64,000 nt of DNA from Candidatus Methylomirabilota bacterium (GCA_016209735.1 JACQVN010000014.1:4633-68632), one strand, 5' to 3'. Shown: positions 7,327-15,916, counted from the stretch's first letter. Translations and numbers: made by a program. Notes: a model not told the origin generated them from the letters alone.

Positions 7327-8936
7327 TCCCCGGGTACTCCTGCCGGAAGGCGCACGCAGGCCACCGTGCCCTTTCCGGGGGTGCTGGTGAGGGAGATCTC
7401 GCCGCCGTGCTCCTCGATGATCTTCCTGGTCAGGGCCAGGCCCAGGCCGATCCCCACCTCCTTGGTCGTGAAGTACGGCTCGAAGATCTTGCCCAGATTC
7501 TCCTCGGAGATCCCAATCCCGGTGTCGCGCAGCTCCACCTCAACCCAGTCGGTGGATGGCAGAGGTCGGGGGTCGGGGATTGACGAATGACGAATGACGA
7601 ATGACGATTGCAAAGCGTCCCCCGGCCCCCCGGCCCCTGGCCCCTGGCCCCCATCCCTCTCGCCCTGTGCGCCGTGCGCCGTGCGCCGTGCGCTATGCCC
7701 CGTGCCCTGTGCGCTGTGCGCTGTGCCCCGTCGCGTCGCCACCGACAGCTCGCCCCCCTCCGGCATGGCCTGCAGGGCGTTCAACGCAAGGTTCACGAAG
7801 CAGGTCTTCAAGTGTACCGGGTCCGCCCACAGTGGGGGGAGACCCTCCTCGGCGGTCCGGCGCAGCCGGACTCGCTGTGCGGCGGCGCGGGGCGCCGCCG
7901 TCTCCATGACCTCGTCCAAGAGGGTCGACAGGTTGCAGGCGCGGCGCTCCAGCTTGAGGGGCTTGCCGTACTTGAGGAAGGTCTCGATCATCTCGTTCAG
8001 CCGCCCGATCTCACCCATCATCATGGACGTGAGGCGCTGGAACTCCTCGCGGGCCTCCGGCTCGCGGGGTGCATGCTGGGCCGCCAGATGGCCGATGGTC
8101 ATGCTGATGGTGCTCAGCGGGTTCCGGACCTCGTGGGCGATGCCCGAGGCGAGATGGGCAATGGCCGATAGCCGCTCCGCCCTGTGCAGACGCGCCTCCA
8201 GGTCCACTTTCTGCCGCAAACCGTCCACCATCTCGTTGAAGCTCCGATTCAGCTCGCCGATCTCGTCCCGCCGGTTCACCGGCAGCCGCTCTTCGAGATG
8301 CCCCTGGGCGACGCGCTGGGCGGCTTCGACGACGCGGAAGATCGGCTTGTGGTAGGTCCAGGCCAGGACGACGGCGCCACCCATTCCGACGCCGAAGACC
8401 AGGACCGTGGCCACCAGTCGCTTCAGGAAGTTGATCCGGGACAGCTCCGCGAAATCGTCCAGGATCATGCTGATCAGAATGTACCCGCTTCGCTGGTTAT
8501 TCACGACGATCGGCACAATCAGGTTGTAGGTCCGCTGCGGGAAGTCGCGGGTGGGAGTCCCCTCCCCCAACCGGGCCGTGATCAGAAGGTCCTTCCGCCT
8601 GGGGTCCACCCGGACTCCGACCCGCCGGGGGTTGGACGAGGCGATCACCTCCTCCTCGTTGCTCACGATCGAGATCTCCCGGACGCCGCGCCGCTGGAGC
8701 CGCTGCACGTAGTCGTTCAGCCGCGCTTCCGTCGTGCGGCCCCGGGAGGTGAGCTGCTCCACACTGATCTGGATGGCCGTGCTCAGATCGGTCGTATGCC
8801 GCTCGACCTGGGAAATGAGCTGGATCTCGGCTCGCCAGTAGAGCAGAAAGAGGGTTGCCAGGATCAGCATCAGCAACCCGAACATCATGGCGAGCATTTT
8901 CCCTCGGAGTCCGAGGGTGAGCATCCGCGGCCACAT
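7323..8936 (-). CDS. sensor histidine kinase (TM-HAMP-HisKA-HATPase_c) with low-complexity insertion
   Basis: H-box SGIAHEVRNPL, N-box FVNLALNALQA, G-boxes DTGIGI and GIGLGL. ATGA overlap with the downstream response regulator. Start taken at ATG 8936 (MWPRMLTLG...). Confidence 0.9.
   Translation of the reverse strand: MWPRMLTLGLRGKMLAMMFGLLMLILATLFLLYWRAEIQLISQVERHTTDLSTAIQISVEQLTSRGRTTEARLNDYVQRLQRRGVREISIVSNEEEVIASSNPRRVGVRVDPRRKDLLITARLGEGTPTRDFPQRTYNLIVPIVVNNQRSGYILISMILDDFAELSRINFLKRLVATVLVFGVGMGGAVVLAWTYHKPIFRVVEAAQRVAQGHLEERLPVNRRDEIGELNRSFNEMVDGLRQKVDLEARLHRAERLSAIAHLASGIAHEVRNPLSTISMTIGHLAAQHAPREPEAREEFQRLTSMMMGEIGRLNEMIETFLKYGKPLKLERRACNLSTLLDEVMETAAPRAAAQRVRLRRTAEEGLPPLWADPVHLKTCFVNLALNALQAMPEGGELSVATRRGTAHSAQGTGHSARRTAHGAQGERDGGQGPGAGGPGDALQSSFVIRHSSIPDPRPLPSTDWVEVELRDTGIGISEENLGKIFEPYFTTKEVGIGLGLALTRKIIEEHGGEISLTSTPGKGTVACVRLPAGVPGE
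7563..7730. repeat. intragenic word-repeat block inside the kinase ATP-binding domain
   Basis: Serial blocks of GGTCGGGG x2, GACGAAT x3-4, CC(C)CTGGCC x3 and GTGCGC(C/T) x7. Translated in frame as GTAHSAQGTGHSARRTAHGAQGERDGGQGPGAGGPGDALQSSFVIRHSSIPDPRP. The same words occur in intergenic elements at 11055 and 38970. Confidence 0.8.
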
Positions 8937-9309
8937 CTGCCTAGCCTCCAACCCGGGATAGTGTATCCAAGCCTTGGCCCCCCTGTAAAGGCCGAACCCT
9001 CTCCGGAGCGGAAAGCCGACCATTCGACGCCCCGGCGGCGAGGCGCCTCGGCTTGCAGATTTCGAGTATCCTACCCCTCAGGGCGTTGCGGCTCAACCTC
9101 ATTGCGTCGCGGCGGGAAGGTTTTCCCGCTGCCACAGGCGGACGATGGAACGGGGCGGAGGATACTCGGGCAAGCGCCGGTCCGCAAGGCTCACCTGGGT
9201 TGCGCCAACCCGGGCGAAGCTGTTTCTCGCGTTCGGGGGAGATCGGCGGCGTGAAATGGCCGTCAGGTCCGGCCTGACAAGGCGGGGGGGAATGTGTTAG
9301 CATGCGGCC

Positions 9310-9813
9310 ATGTCCGGCGATCATGCCGCCAATCCGGCTGCCGAGCCGCCGCGCTTTCTCGTGGACACCATGCTGGGCCGACTGGCCACCTGGCTGCGGA
9401 TCCTGGGGTGTGACGCGGCATACTTTCGGGGGGAGGATCGCGCCCTCCTCGACCAGGCTTGGCGGGAAGATCGCATCTTGCTGACCCGGGACGCGCGGCT
9501 GCTCAGGCGTCGCCGGCTGCCGCCCCACCTGACCATTACCAGCGACCGCGTGGCGGAGCAATTGCGGCAGGTTGTCCGGGCCTTCGGCCTGCAGCCGTCC
9601 CGCCTGCCCGCCCGGCGCTGCCCGCGCTGTAATCTCCCCCTGACGGAGAGGGACAGGGAGAGCGTGGCGGGACGGGTGCCCGAATTCGTCTGGAGTCACC
9701 ACGAGGCCTTCTGGGCCTGCCCCGGCTGTCAGCGGATCTACTGGGCCGGCAGTCACCGGCGGCGGATGGAGGAATCCCTGCGGCGACTCGCCGCAGGGAT
9801 TAATGACCAATGA
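9310..9813 (+). CDS. Mut7-C RNase domain protein (PIN-like + Zn ribbon)
   Basis: FLVDTMLGRLATWLRILGCD..., LLTRD, and C-terminal CPRCN...CPGC zinc ribbon. The stop codon lies inside the repeat at 9801. Confidence 0.8.
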   Translation: MSGDHAANPAAEPPRFLVDTMLGRLATWLRILGCDAAYFRGEDRALLDQAWREDRILLTRDARLLRRRRLPPHLTITSDRVAEQLRQVVRAFGLQPSRLPARRCPRCNLPLTERDRESVAGRVPEFVWSHHEAFWACPGCQRIYWAGSHRRRMEESLRRLAAGINDQ

Positions 9814-9935
9814 ACCAATGACCAAATCCCAATGGGGCGCCACTGTCTTGGTGAATTAGTCAACAAGTCGATTCATCGATTGGGGGTCTGTAGTCGGATT
9901 TCACTTGTCGGTTGTCGGTTTTCACTTTTTCATTG
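9801..9935. repeat. word-repeat elements (CAATGACC block 9801-9835; TTGTCGG block 9897-9935)
   Basis: TAATGACCAATGAACCAATGACCAAATCCCAATGG and GATTTCACTTGTCGGTTGTCGGTTTTCACTTTTTCATTG. Both words recur at other loci (3449, 36262; 32283). Confidence 0.8.
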
Positions 9936-9945
9936 AGTCCATTCC

Positions 9946-10896
9946 ATGCGACTGGTGTTCATGGGAAGCCCAGCCTTTGCCGTGCCCGCGCTGGAACGGC
10001 TGCTGGCCGACGGGCACAGCCTCCCTCTGGTGGTCACGCAGCCGGATCGGCCGGCGGGCCGGGGGCAGTCCTTCGCCTCCCCGCCGGTGAAGGTGGCGGC
10101 GACGCGCCATGGCCTCCCCCTGCTGCAGCCTCACCGCCTCGCCGATCCGCCCACCCTCGCCACGCTCCGCGCGGCCGCCCCCGAGCTGATCGTCGTGGTC
10201 GCCTTCGGCCAGTTCCTCCCCCGGGCCATCCGGGAGCTCCCGCCCATGGGCGCCGTGAACGTCCACGCGTCCCTGCTGCCGAAGTATCGCGGGGCGGCCC
10301 CCATCAACTGGGCGATCATTCGGGGGGAGCGAGAAACGGGAGTGACCATCATGCGGGTCGAGGCCGGCATGGATTCCGGCGCCGTGTTGCTGCGCCGCGC
10401 CTGCCCCATCCTGCCGGAGGACGAGGCGGGGACGCTCCACGACCGGCTGGCTCTCCTCGGCGCCGACGCCTTGGCGGAGGCCCTCTCGCTCATCGCCCGC
10501 CATGAGGATTCCTGGCGGCCGCAAGACGAGGTCGAAGCGACCTTCGCCCCGAAGATCGGCGATCGGGACTGTCAATTGGATCTGTCGCAGAGCCCCGCCG
10601 ATCTGGTCAACCGGATCCGGGGACTCTCGCCTGCCCCCGGGGCCTACCTCCGCGGGGCGAGCGGGCGGCGCCTCAAGGTGCTGCGGGCGGCGGCGGCGGA
10701 CGGGGCAGGCAAGGCCGGAACAGTCATATGCGTGGACGGCGACGGTCTGGTCATCGGGACCGTCGGCGGACCCGGGGGGATTCCCGCTGCGGGCGCCCTG
10801 GCCCTGCTGGAGGTCCAGCCTGAAGGCAAGCGGCGGATGAGCGGGAGCGAATATGCCCGAGGACGGCGTCTGGTCGAGGGGATGCCTTGCATCTGA
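9946..10896 (+). CDS. fmt: methionyl-tRNA formyltransferase
   Basis: MRLVFMGSPAFAVP...VVTQPDRPAGRG...NVHASLLPKYRGAAPI, the canonical Fmt motifs. Confidence 0.95.
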   Translation: MRLVFMGSPAFAVPALERLLADGHSLPLVVTQPDRPAGRGQSFASPPVKVAATRHGLPLLQPHRLADPPTLATLRAAAPELIVVVAFGQFLPRAIRELPPMGAVNVHASLLPKYRGAAPINWAIIRGERETGVTIMRVEAGMDSGAVLLRRACPILPEDEAGTLHDRLALLGADALAEALSLIARHEDSWRPQDEVEATFAPKIGDRDCQLDLSQSPADLVNRIRGLSPAPGAYLRGASGRRLKVLRAAAADGAGKAGTVICVDGDGLVIGTVGGPGGIPAAGALALLEVQPEGKRRMSGSEYARGRRLVEGMPCI

Positions 10897-10899
10897 GAA

Positions 10900-11147
10900 G
10901 GGGGACGATGGGGAGACGGACTATGGACCATGGACGGTGGACCATAAGAATTGGGACGGGGGAACGGACGATGGGAACACCGACCATGGACGGTGGACCA
11001 TGGTCCACAAGAACTGGGGACCGTCTCACCCGCTCCCCGCCCCCCACGCCATGCGCCGTGCGCTGTGCGCTTTGCTCTGTGCGGTTCTTATCGTCCATGG
11101 TCGATGGTCCATGGTCCGTCTTCCCGCACGTTCAACGTTTAACGCTC
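10900..11147. repeat. composite nested word-repeat element filling the fmt-rsmB spacer
   Basis: GGACCATGG words (10921-11005) face CCATGGTCC words (11093-11118). Between them are GTGCGC words (11050-11085), and AACGTT words sit at 11128-11146. Confidence 0.85.
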
Positions 11148-11161
11148 ACAATGGGATAGCA

Positions 11162-12547
11162 ATGGGGCGCATGGCTGATGGCTCACGGCAGGCGGGACCG
11201 GCGACGGCGCGGGGTATCGCCTTCGAGGTTCTCCGGCGCGTGGAAGCCACAGAGGCCTATGCCAACCTACTGCTGGATGCCCGGTTGGGCCGGGCCCGGC
11301 TGAGCCTGCCGGACCGCGCCTTGGTCACCCACCTCGTTTACGGGGTGCTGCGCTGGCGCGGCAGGCTGGACTGGATTCTGGCTCAAGTTCTCGATCGACC
11401 GCTGGCCGAGGTGGAGCCCCGAGTGCGACACGTCCTCCGCCTCGGTGCCTACCAGCTCTGCTGCCTCGACCGCGTGCCTGCCTTTGCCGCCGTCGATGAG
11501 AGCGTGAGCCTGAGTCGCACCGCCGGCGCCACCCGGAGCGCCGCCTTTGTGAATGCGGTCCTCCGGGCAGTGGCCCGTCGCGCGCCCTTCCCGGAACCCT
11601 CCGCCGCGGAGGATCCGGTCGGCTTCTGGTCCAGCGTGGGCTCGCACCCGCCCTGGCTCGCCGAACGGTGGATCGCACGGTACGGCCCCGGAGAGGCCGG
11701 CCGGTTGATGGCGGCCAACAACGAGATTCCCCCGGTCACCGTGATTGCCAACCCGCAACGCATCGATCCGGAGAGCCTGAGGCGCTCCCTGAGCGGCGCG
11801 GGGCGGGAAATCGCCCCCGGCCGCATGGCCCCCGGGATCTTCCACGTGACCGGAGGGGGCGCTCTGCAAGACCTGCCGGGATACGCCGAGGGGCATTTCG
11901 TCCCCATGGACGAGGCGGGGATTCTTCCCGTGCTGGCCCTCGATCTTGCCCCGGGCCAGCGGGTGCTCGACGCCTGCGCCGGCGGCGGCGGGAAGAGTGC
12001 GCTCATCGCGGCCCGGGTGGGCCGGGAGGGGGTCGTCACGGCGGTGGACGTGAGTCCCCGGGCCATTCGGCGCCTGTCCGTGGCGGCGGCACGGCTGGGC
12101 TTGGAGTTCATCCGGACGGAACTCCAGGACGCCAGGACCTTGGGGAGATCGTTGCCGGGCGAGTTCCCTCGCGTCCTCCTGGACGCTCCCTGCACCGGCC
12201 TGGGGACCTTGCGTCGCCGACCGGAAATCAAGTGGCGCCGCCGCCCCGCCGACGTGACACGTGCCGCCACCCTCCAGGCCGAGCTGTTGGCGGGCGTCGC
12301 CGGCGCGGTGGCGCCGGGCGGACTTCTGGTGTACAGTACCTGCAGCCTTGAGCCGGAGGAAACGGAGGCGGTGATCGCCGGATTCCTGGGTACGCATCGT
12401 GAGTTCCGGCCGGCCGATCCGCCGGCCGCAGAGTCCGGCACGGCCCTGGCAGAGCTGGCCGACCCGACGACGGGCTTCCTGCGGAGCATCCCGCACATCC
12501 ACGGGTCGGACGGCTTCTTCATCGCGCGCCTCACCCGAACATGCTGA
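11162..12547 (+). CDS. rsmB: 16S rRNA (cytosine967-C5)-methyltransferase RsmB/Sun
   Basis: NusB-like N-terminal domain, SAM motif LDACAGGGGKS, catalytic DAPCTG and YSTCS. Start at ATG 11162 inside track ORF 10853..12547, whose first 100 aa are repeat-encoded. Confidence 0.9.
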   Translation: MGRMADGSRQAGPATARGIAFEVLRRVEATEAYANLLLDARLGRARLSLPDRALVTHLVYGVLRWRGRLDWILAQVLDRPLAEVEPRVRHVLRLGAYQLCCLDRVPAFAAVDESVSLSRTAGATRSAAFVNAVLRAVARRAPFPEPSAAEDPVGFWSSVGSHPPWLAERWIARYGPGEAGRLMAANNEIPPVTVIANPQRIDPESLRRSLSGAGREIAPGRMAPGIFHVTGGGALQDLPGYAEGHFVPMDEAGILPVLALDLAPGQRVLDACAGGGGKSALIAARVGREGVVTAVDVSPRAIRRLSVAAARLGLEFIRTELQDARTLGRSLPGEFPRVLLDAPCTGLGTLRRRPEIKWRRRPADVTRAATLQAELLAGVAGAVAPGGLLVYSTCSLEPEETEAVIAGFLGTHREFRPADPPAAESGTALAELADPTTGFLRSIPHIHGSDGFFIARLTRTC

Positions 12548-13293
12548 GATCCCGGTCCGCACGCCCACCGTCTCGCACGAAACAGGCGCTCCGGCGCCTG
12601 CTCAAGGGGACCGCCATTCTCACGGGTCTCCTGGCCCTGGGGGTGCTCTCCGGATACGTGGCCATGCTCCTCTCCGTGGAGCCGGACCTCGTGGGTGTCC
12701 CGCGGGTCATCGGCGTGGAGTCCGTGGCGGCCGGCGAGATCCTCAAAGAGGCGGGCCTCACGCCCCGCATCATCGCCGAGGAGTTCAGCAGCCACCTCCC
12801 CAAGGGCCACGTGACCAGCCAGCGGCCCGCCGGGGGCAGCCGGTTGAAGATCGGGAGCGAGGTGCGTCTCATCCGGAGCCGCGGCAGCGACCAGTTGGCC
12901 GTCCCGGATGTCCGGGGCCAAGAGCTACCCCAGGCGCAGCGCACCCTGATGGAGGCCGGCCTCACGGTGGGCGGCGTCATCCAGATCCACTCCGACGCCC
13001 ATCCCCGGGAGGTGGTCATCGGTCAAGACCCCGCCCCTGGCGCTCCCGCCGTGCGGGGGAATCGCATCGTCCTGTTGGGGAGCATCGGCCCCCTCGACAA
13101 CCTCGTGGTCGTCCCCGATCTGCGGGGCCGGGAAATGGTCACGGCGCTGAACCTCTTGAAGGAGCTCCAGGTGGAAGCCCGCGTGAGCTTCCGGCAGGAG
13201 GCCTCAGCGCAGGGTCACGTGATCGCCCAGGAGCCTGCTCCTGGCGGCAAGGTGCGAGTGGGCGGGCAGGTCGAGCTCACCATCGGCGAGTGA
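12541..13293 (+). CDS. membrane-anchored PASTA-domain protein (three PASTA repeats, no kinase or PBP domain)
   Basis: Short basic N-terminus, a TM helix (AILTGLLALGVLSGYVAML), then three units of about 65 aa of the type VP(D/R)V.G....A...L...GL. Confidence 0.8.
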   Translation: MLRSRSARPPSRTKQALRRLLKGTAILTGLLALGVLSGYVAMLLSVEPDLVGVPRVIGVESVAAGEILKEAGLTPRIIAEEFSSHLPKGHVTSQRPAGGSRLKIGSEVRLIRSRGSDQLAVPDVRGQELPQAQRTLMEAGLTVGGVIQIHSDAHPREVVIGQDPAPGAPAVRGNRIVLLGSIGPLDNLVVVPDLRGREMVTALNLLKELQVEARVSFRQEASAQGHVIAQEPAPGGKVRVGGQVELTIGE

Positions 13294-13310
13294 GACGCCA
13301 GCACACGGGG

Positions 13311-13406
13311 GAACGCAAAATGCAAAACGGACAATGAAGAACCGGTCAGCGGCCGATGGGGCTCCTGTTGACCGGTTTTCAATTTTTCATTTTCCATTTT
13401 GCATTC
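13311..13406. repeat. word-repeat hairpin, family A
   Basis: GAACGCAAAATGCAAAAC..GAACCGGTCAGCGGCCGATGGGGCTCCTGTTGACCGGTTTTC..CATTTTCCATTTTGCATTCC. Homologous to 318-414. Confidence 0.85.
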
Positions 13407-13455
13407 CGCTGCCTTGGCGTCATGGCAGCGGAAGAATCTCGGATTGGGGGGATTT

Positions 13456-14130
13456 ATGTGGGGACAGGGAGGCGAAAAAGTCGTCAAGATCGCTCCGTCG
13501 GTCCTCTCGGCGGACTTCGCCAGTCTGGCGGAAGAGATCGCCAAGGTGGAAACCGCGGCGGACCTCCTGCACGTCGACGTGATGGATGGACACTTCGTAC
13601 CCAACATCACCGTTGGCCCGCTGGTCGTCGAGGCCATGCGGAAGCGCACCCGCCTCCCTCTGGATGTCCACCTGATGATTGAAGCGCCGGAGCGGTACAT
13701 TGCCGCCTTCGCCCGGGCCGGGGCCGCCTCCCTCACCGTGCACGTCGAGACGTGCCCCCACCTCCACCGCACCCTCCAGCAGATCCGCGAGGCAGGCCCC
13801 AAGGTCGGCGTGTCGCTGAATCCCGCCACTCCCTTGGCCGCGCTGGATTACGTGCTCCCCGACGTGGATCTGGTGTTGGTCATGTCGGTGAATCCGGGGT
13901 TCGGCGGGCAGCGATTCATCCCCGCCGCCCTGGGGAAGATCGCAGAGCTGGCGCAACGTGTTCGCGCCCTGCCGTCGCCGCCGGAGCTGGAAGTGGACGG
14001 GGGCATCAAACTGGAGAACTGTCGCGAGGTGGCCGCCGCCGGCGCCACAATCCTGGTGGCCGGATCCGCCATCTTCGGCGCGGCCGATCCCCGGGCAGCG
14101 GTTGAGGAAATGCGGAGGCGAGTGGGATAA
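13456..14130 (+). CDS. rpe: ribulose-phosphate 3-epimerase
   Basis: IAPSVLSADF...HVDVMDGHFVPN...MSVNPGFGGQ..VDGG. Start at ATG 13456 inside the track ORF. Confidence 0.95.
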   Translation: MWGQGGEKVVKIAPSVLSADFASLAEEIAKVETAADLLHVDVMDGHFVPNITVGPLVVEAMRKRTRLPLDVHLMIEAPERYIAAFARAGAASLTVHVETCPHLHRTLQQIREAGPKVGVSLNPATPLAALDYVLPDVDLVLVMSVNPGFGGQRFIPAALGKIAELAQRVRALPSPPELEVDGGIKLENCREVAAAGATILVAGSAIFGAADPRAAVEEMRRRVG

Positions 14131-14134
14131 GAGT

Positions 14135-14170
14135 CCGGCGGTTCGGCAGTACGGCGGTACGGCAGTACGG
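14135..14170. repeat. left arm of cassette bracketing the four-helix-bundle gene (GTACGGC words)
   Basis: CCGGCGGTTCGGCAGTACGGCGGTACGGCAGTACGG. Its reverse complement matches 14630-14656 (CCGTACTGTCGTACTGCCGAACC). Confidence 0.85.
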
Positions 14171-14187
14171 ATGGAAGAGACGAGAAG

Positions 14188-14610
14188 ATGGCGGGAATCA
14201 GACGGTTTGAAGATCTAATATCCTGGCAGGCGGCTCGTACTCTTGCACGTATGGTCTACCAATTGACCAAGGGCGAGGCATTCGAGGCAGACCGCGACCT
14301 TCGCTGGCAGCTCCGAAGCTCCGCCGTTTCGCCAATGTCCAATATCGCTGAAGCCTTCGGGCGGTATTCCTTCGAGGACAAGCGCCGTTTTCTCGACATT
14401 GCCCTCGGATCCTGTAAGGAAGTCCAGAGCCATCTGTATGTGGCCATCGATCAGGGCTACATTACCAGGGGCCAGTTCCGGGAGACTTACGACCAAGCCG
14501 AGACCGTCGGCAAACTGGTCACAGGCAGTCTGGCCAGCCTTGAAAACCAACTCACCAACCGACGGCCCGACCGAAGACGGTCACGCCCGGGCACGAGACA
14601 ATCCGCATGA
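14188..14610 (+). CDS. four-helix-bundle protein (23S rRNA intervening-sequence protein family)
   Basis: FEDLISWQAARTLARMVYQLT...LRWQLRSSAVSPMSNIAEAFGR....D..RFL.IALGSCKEVQSHLYVA...GYI, matching the remembered family pattern. Confidence 0.85.
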   Translation: MAGIRRFEDLISWQAARTLARMVYQLTKGEAFEADRDLRWQLRSSAVSPMSNIAEAFGRYSFEDKRRFLDIALGSCKEVQSHLYVAIDQGYITRGQFRETYDQAETVGKLVTGSLASLENQLTNRRPDRRRSRPGTRQSA

Positions 14611-14626
14611 TAATTACATCCGCTAT

Positions 14627-14730
14627 CGAACCCGCCGTACTGTCGTACTGCCGAACCCACCTCCCGCCGTACTGCCCTGCTTTCGTGCCCTCGTACCGTC
14701 GTACTGTCGTACCGTCGTACCGCCGTACCC
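14627..14730. repeat. right arm of the four-helix-bundle cassette (GCCGTAC words)
   Basis: CGAACCCGCCGTACTGTCGTACTGCCGAACCC...CCGTCGTACTGTCGTACCGTCGTACCGCCGTACCC. Expanded tandem words complementary to the left arm. Confidence 0.85.
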
Positions 14731-14749
14731 TCACGGCAGGAGCCAGGCC

Positions 14750-15328
14750 ATGTCATTTCACATCGATCCCCAGGCGGATGCGCTGATTGTGGTCGACGTC
14801 CAGCGGGACTTCTGCCCGGGAGGCGCGCTGCCCGTGCCGAATGGAGATGCGGTAGTCCCCGGGGCGAACCGGGCCCTGGCCGTGGTCCCCTGGCTGACGG
14901 TGGCCACCCGAGATTGGCACCCGCCGGCCCACTGCTCTTTCATCCCCCAGGGCGGCATCTGGCCCGTCCACTGCGTGGCCGGCACCCCCGGCGCGGCCTT
15001 CCATCCGGACCTGGATGTCGGCCGCATCCGGTGGATCGTGGACAAGGCAACGACCAGGGAGATGGAAGCGTACTCGGGCTTTCAGGGGACTGAACTGGCG
15101 GCCCGGCTCACCGCCGCGGGCATACGCCGGCTGTTCGTCTGCGGCCTGGCCACGGATTACTGCGTCAAGGCCACCGCCCTGGACGGCCGACGGGCTGGCT
15201 TCGAGGTCGTCCTGCTCACGGACGCCATCCGCGCCGTCGAGGTGAAGCCCGGGGATTCCGAGGGGGCGCTCGCCGAGATGCGGGCGGCGGGGGTCAGTCC
15301 GGCCAGGAGCGACGAACTACGCGCCTAG
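14750..15328 (+). CDS. pncA: nicotinamidase/pyrazinamidase (isochorismatase family)
   Basis: ALIVVDVQRDFCPGGALPV...TRDWHP..H.SF...WP.HCV....GA.FH...LFVCGLATDYCV. Start at ATG 14750. Confidence 0.9.
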   Translation: MSFHIDPQADALIVVDVQRDFCPGGALPVPNGDAVVPGANRALAVVPWLTVATRDWHPPAHCSFIPQGGIWPVHCVAGTPGAAFHPDLDVGRIRWIVDKATTREMEAYSGFQGTELAARLTAAGIRRLFVCGLATDYCVKATALDGRRAGFEVVLLTDAIRAVEVKPGDSEGALAEMRAAGVSPARSDELRA

Positions 15329-15436
15329 GACGATCCCGACGCATGCACGCTTCTGTTTCAGCAACTCGGGCGGCCTCATCGAATCCGTCCCGGGCGGGGG
15401 CGATCGGCCGCCGCGCTTCTCGGCTGGACAGACGGC

Positions 15437-15703
15437 TTGCCGTTCGGCAAGGTGCAACCGCTCGGCCTGCCCGAGGGCATCAACCTGGTCAATCCGCTGC
15501 ACGACGTGGTGGAGATGAACACCCGCATCCAGCGTCATCAGGCGAAGTACAACCAGAAGGTGGCCGCCTCCCTCACGTCGACCCTCATCCAGCAGCGGTA
15601 TCTGGAGAAGTGGGACGGCAAGCTCCCGCAGTTCTCCATGGGGACCGGGAGCGGCGGGCCCGGCATCCTGCTCAACCTGCCCCTCCCCGCGCCCGGCAAG
15701 TAG
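15437..15703 (+). pseudogene. internally deleted SPFH/prohibitin-family remnant
   Basis: The N-terminal SPFH strand pattern (G..FGKVQPLGLPEGINLVNPLHDVVEMNTRIQ; in-frame sequence extends upstream to about 15404) is joined directly to a C-terminal pattern (QQRYLEKWDGKLPQ...GILLNLP). The TM helix and core domain are absent. Confidence 0.4.
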
Positions 15704-15747
15704 CCCAAATCATTCGCGAACCCGTTGGCGGATGATTTGGGCTAAGC

Positions 15748-15892
15748 AGGCTGCTGAAAAAGGCATGTTCATGCTTCGATCCTTCGACAAGCTCAGGACT
15801 CAGCATGAAAGGAAACACGTCAATGATTTCAAGCCAACCCCCGCTCGCCCTGAGCCCGTCGAAGGGCGAGCGGAGGGTTTTTCAGCAACCTG
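15748..15892. repeat. MITE-like element with internal hairpin CCGCTCGCCCT/AGGGCGAGCGG
   Basis: Flanking GGCTGCTGAAAAA / TTTTTCAGCAACC inverted ends. The core CTTCGATCCTTCGACAAGCTCAGGACTC...GCCCTGAGCCCGTCGAAGGGCGAGCGG has a reverse-orientation copy at 47589-47693. Confidence 0.75.
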
Positions 15893-15916
15893 TTAGAGGA
15901 GGAGGGTTCTTACCGC

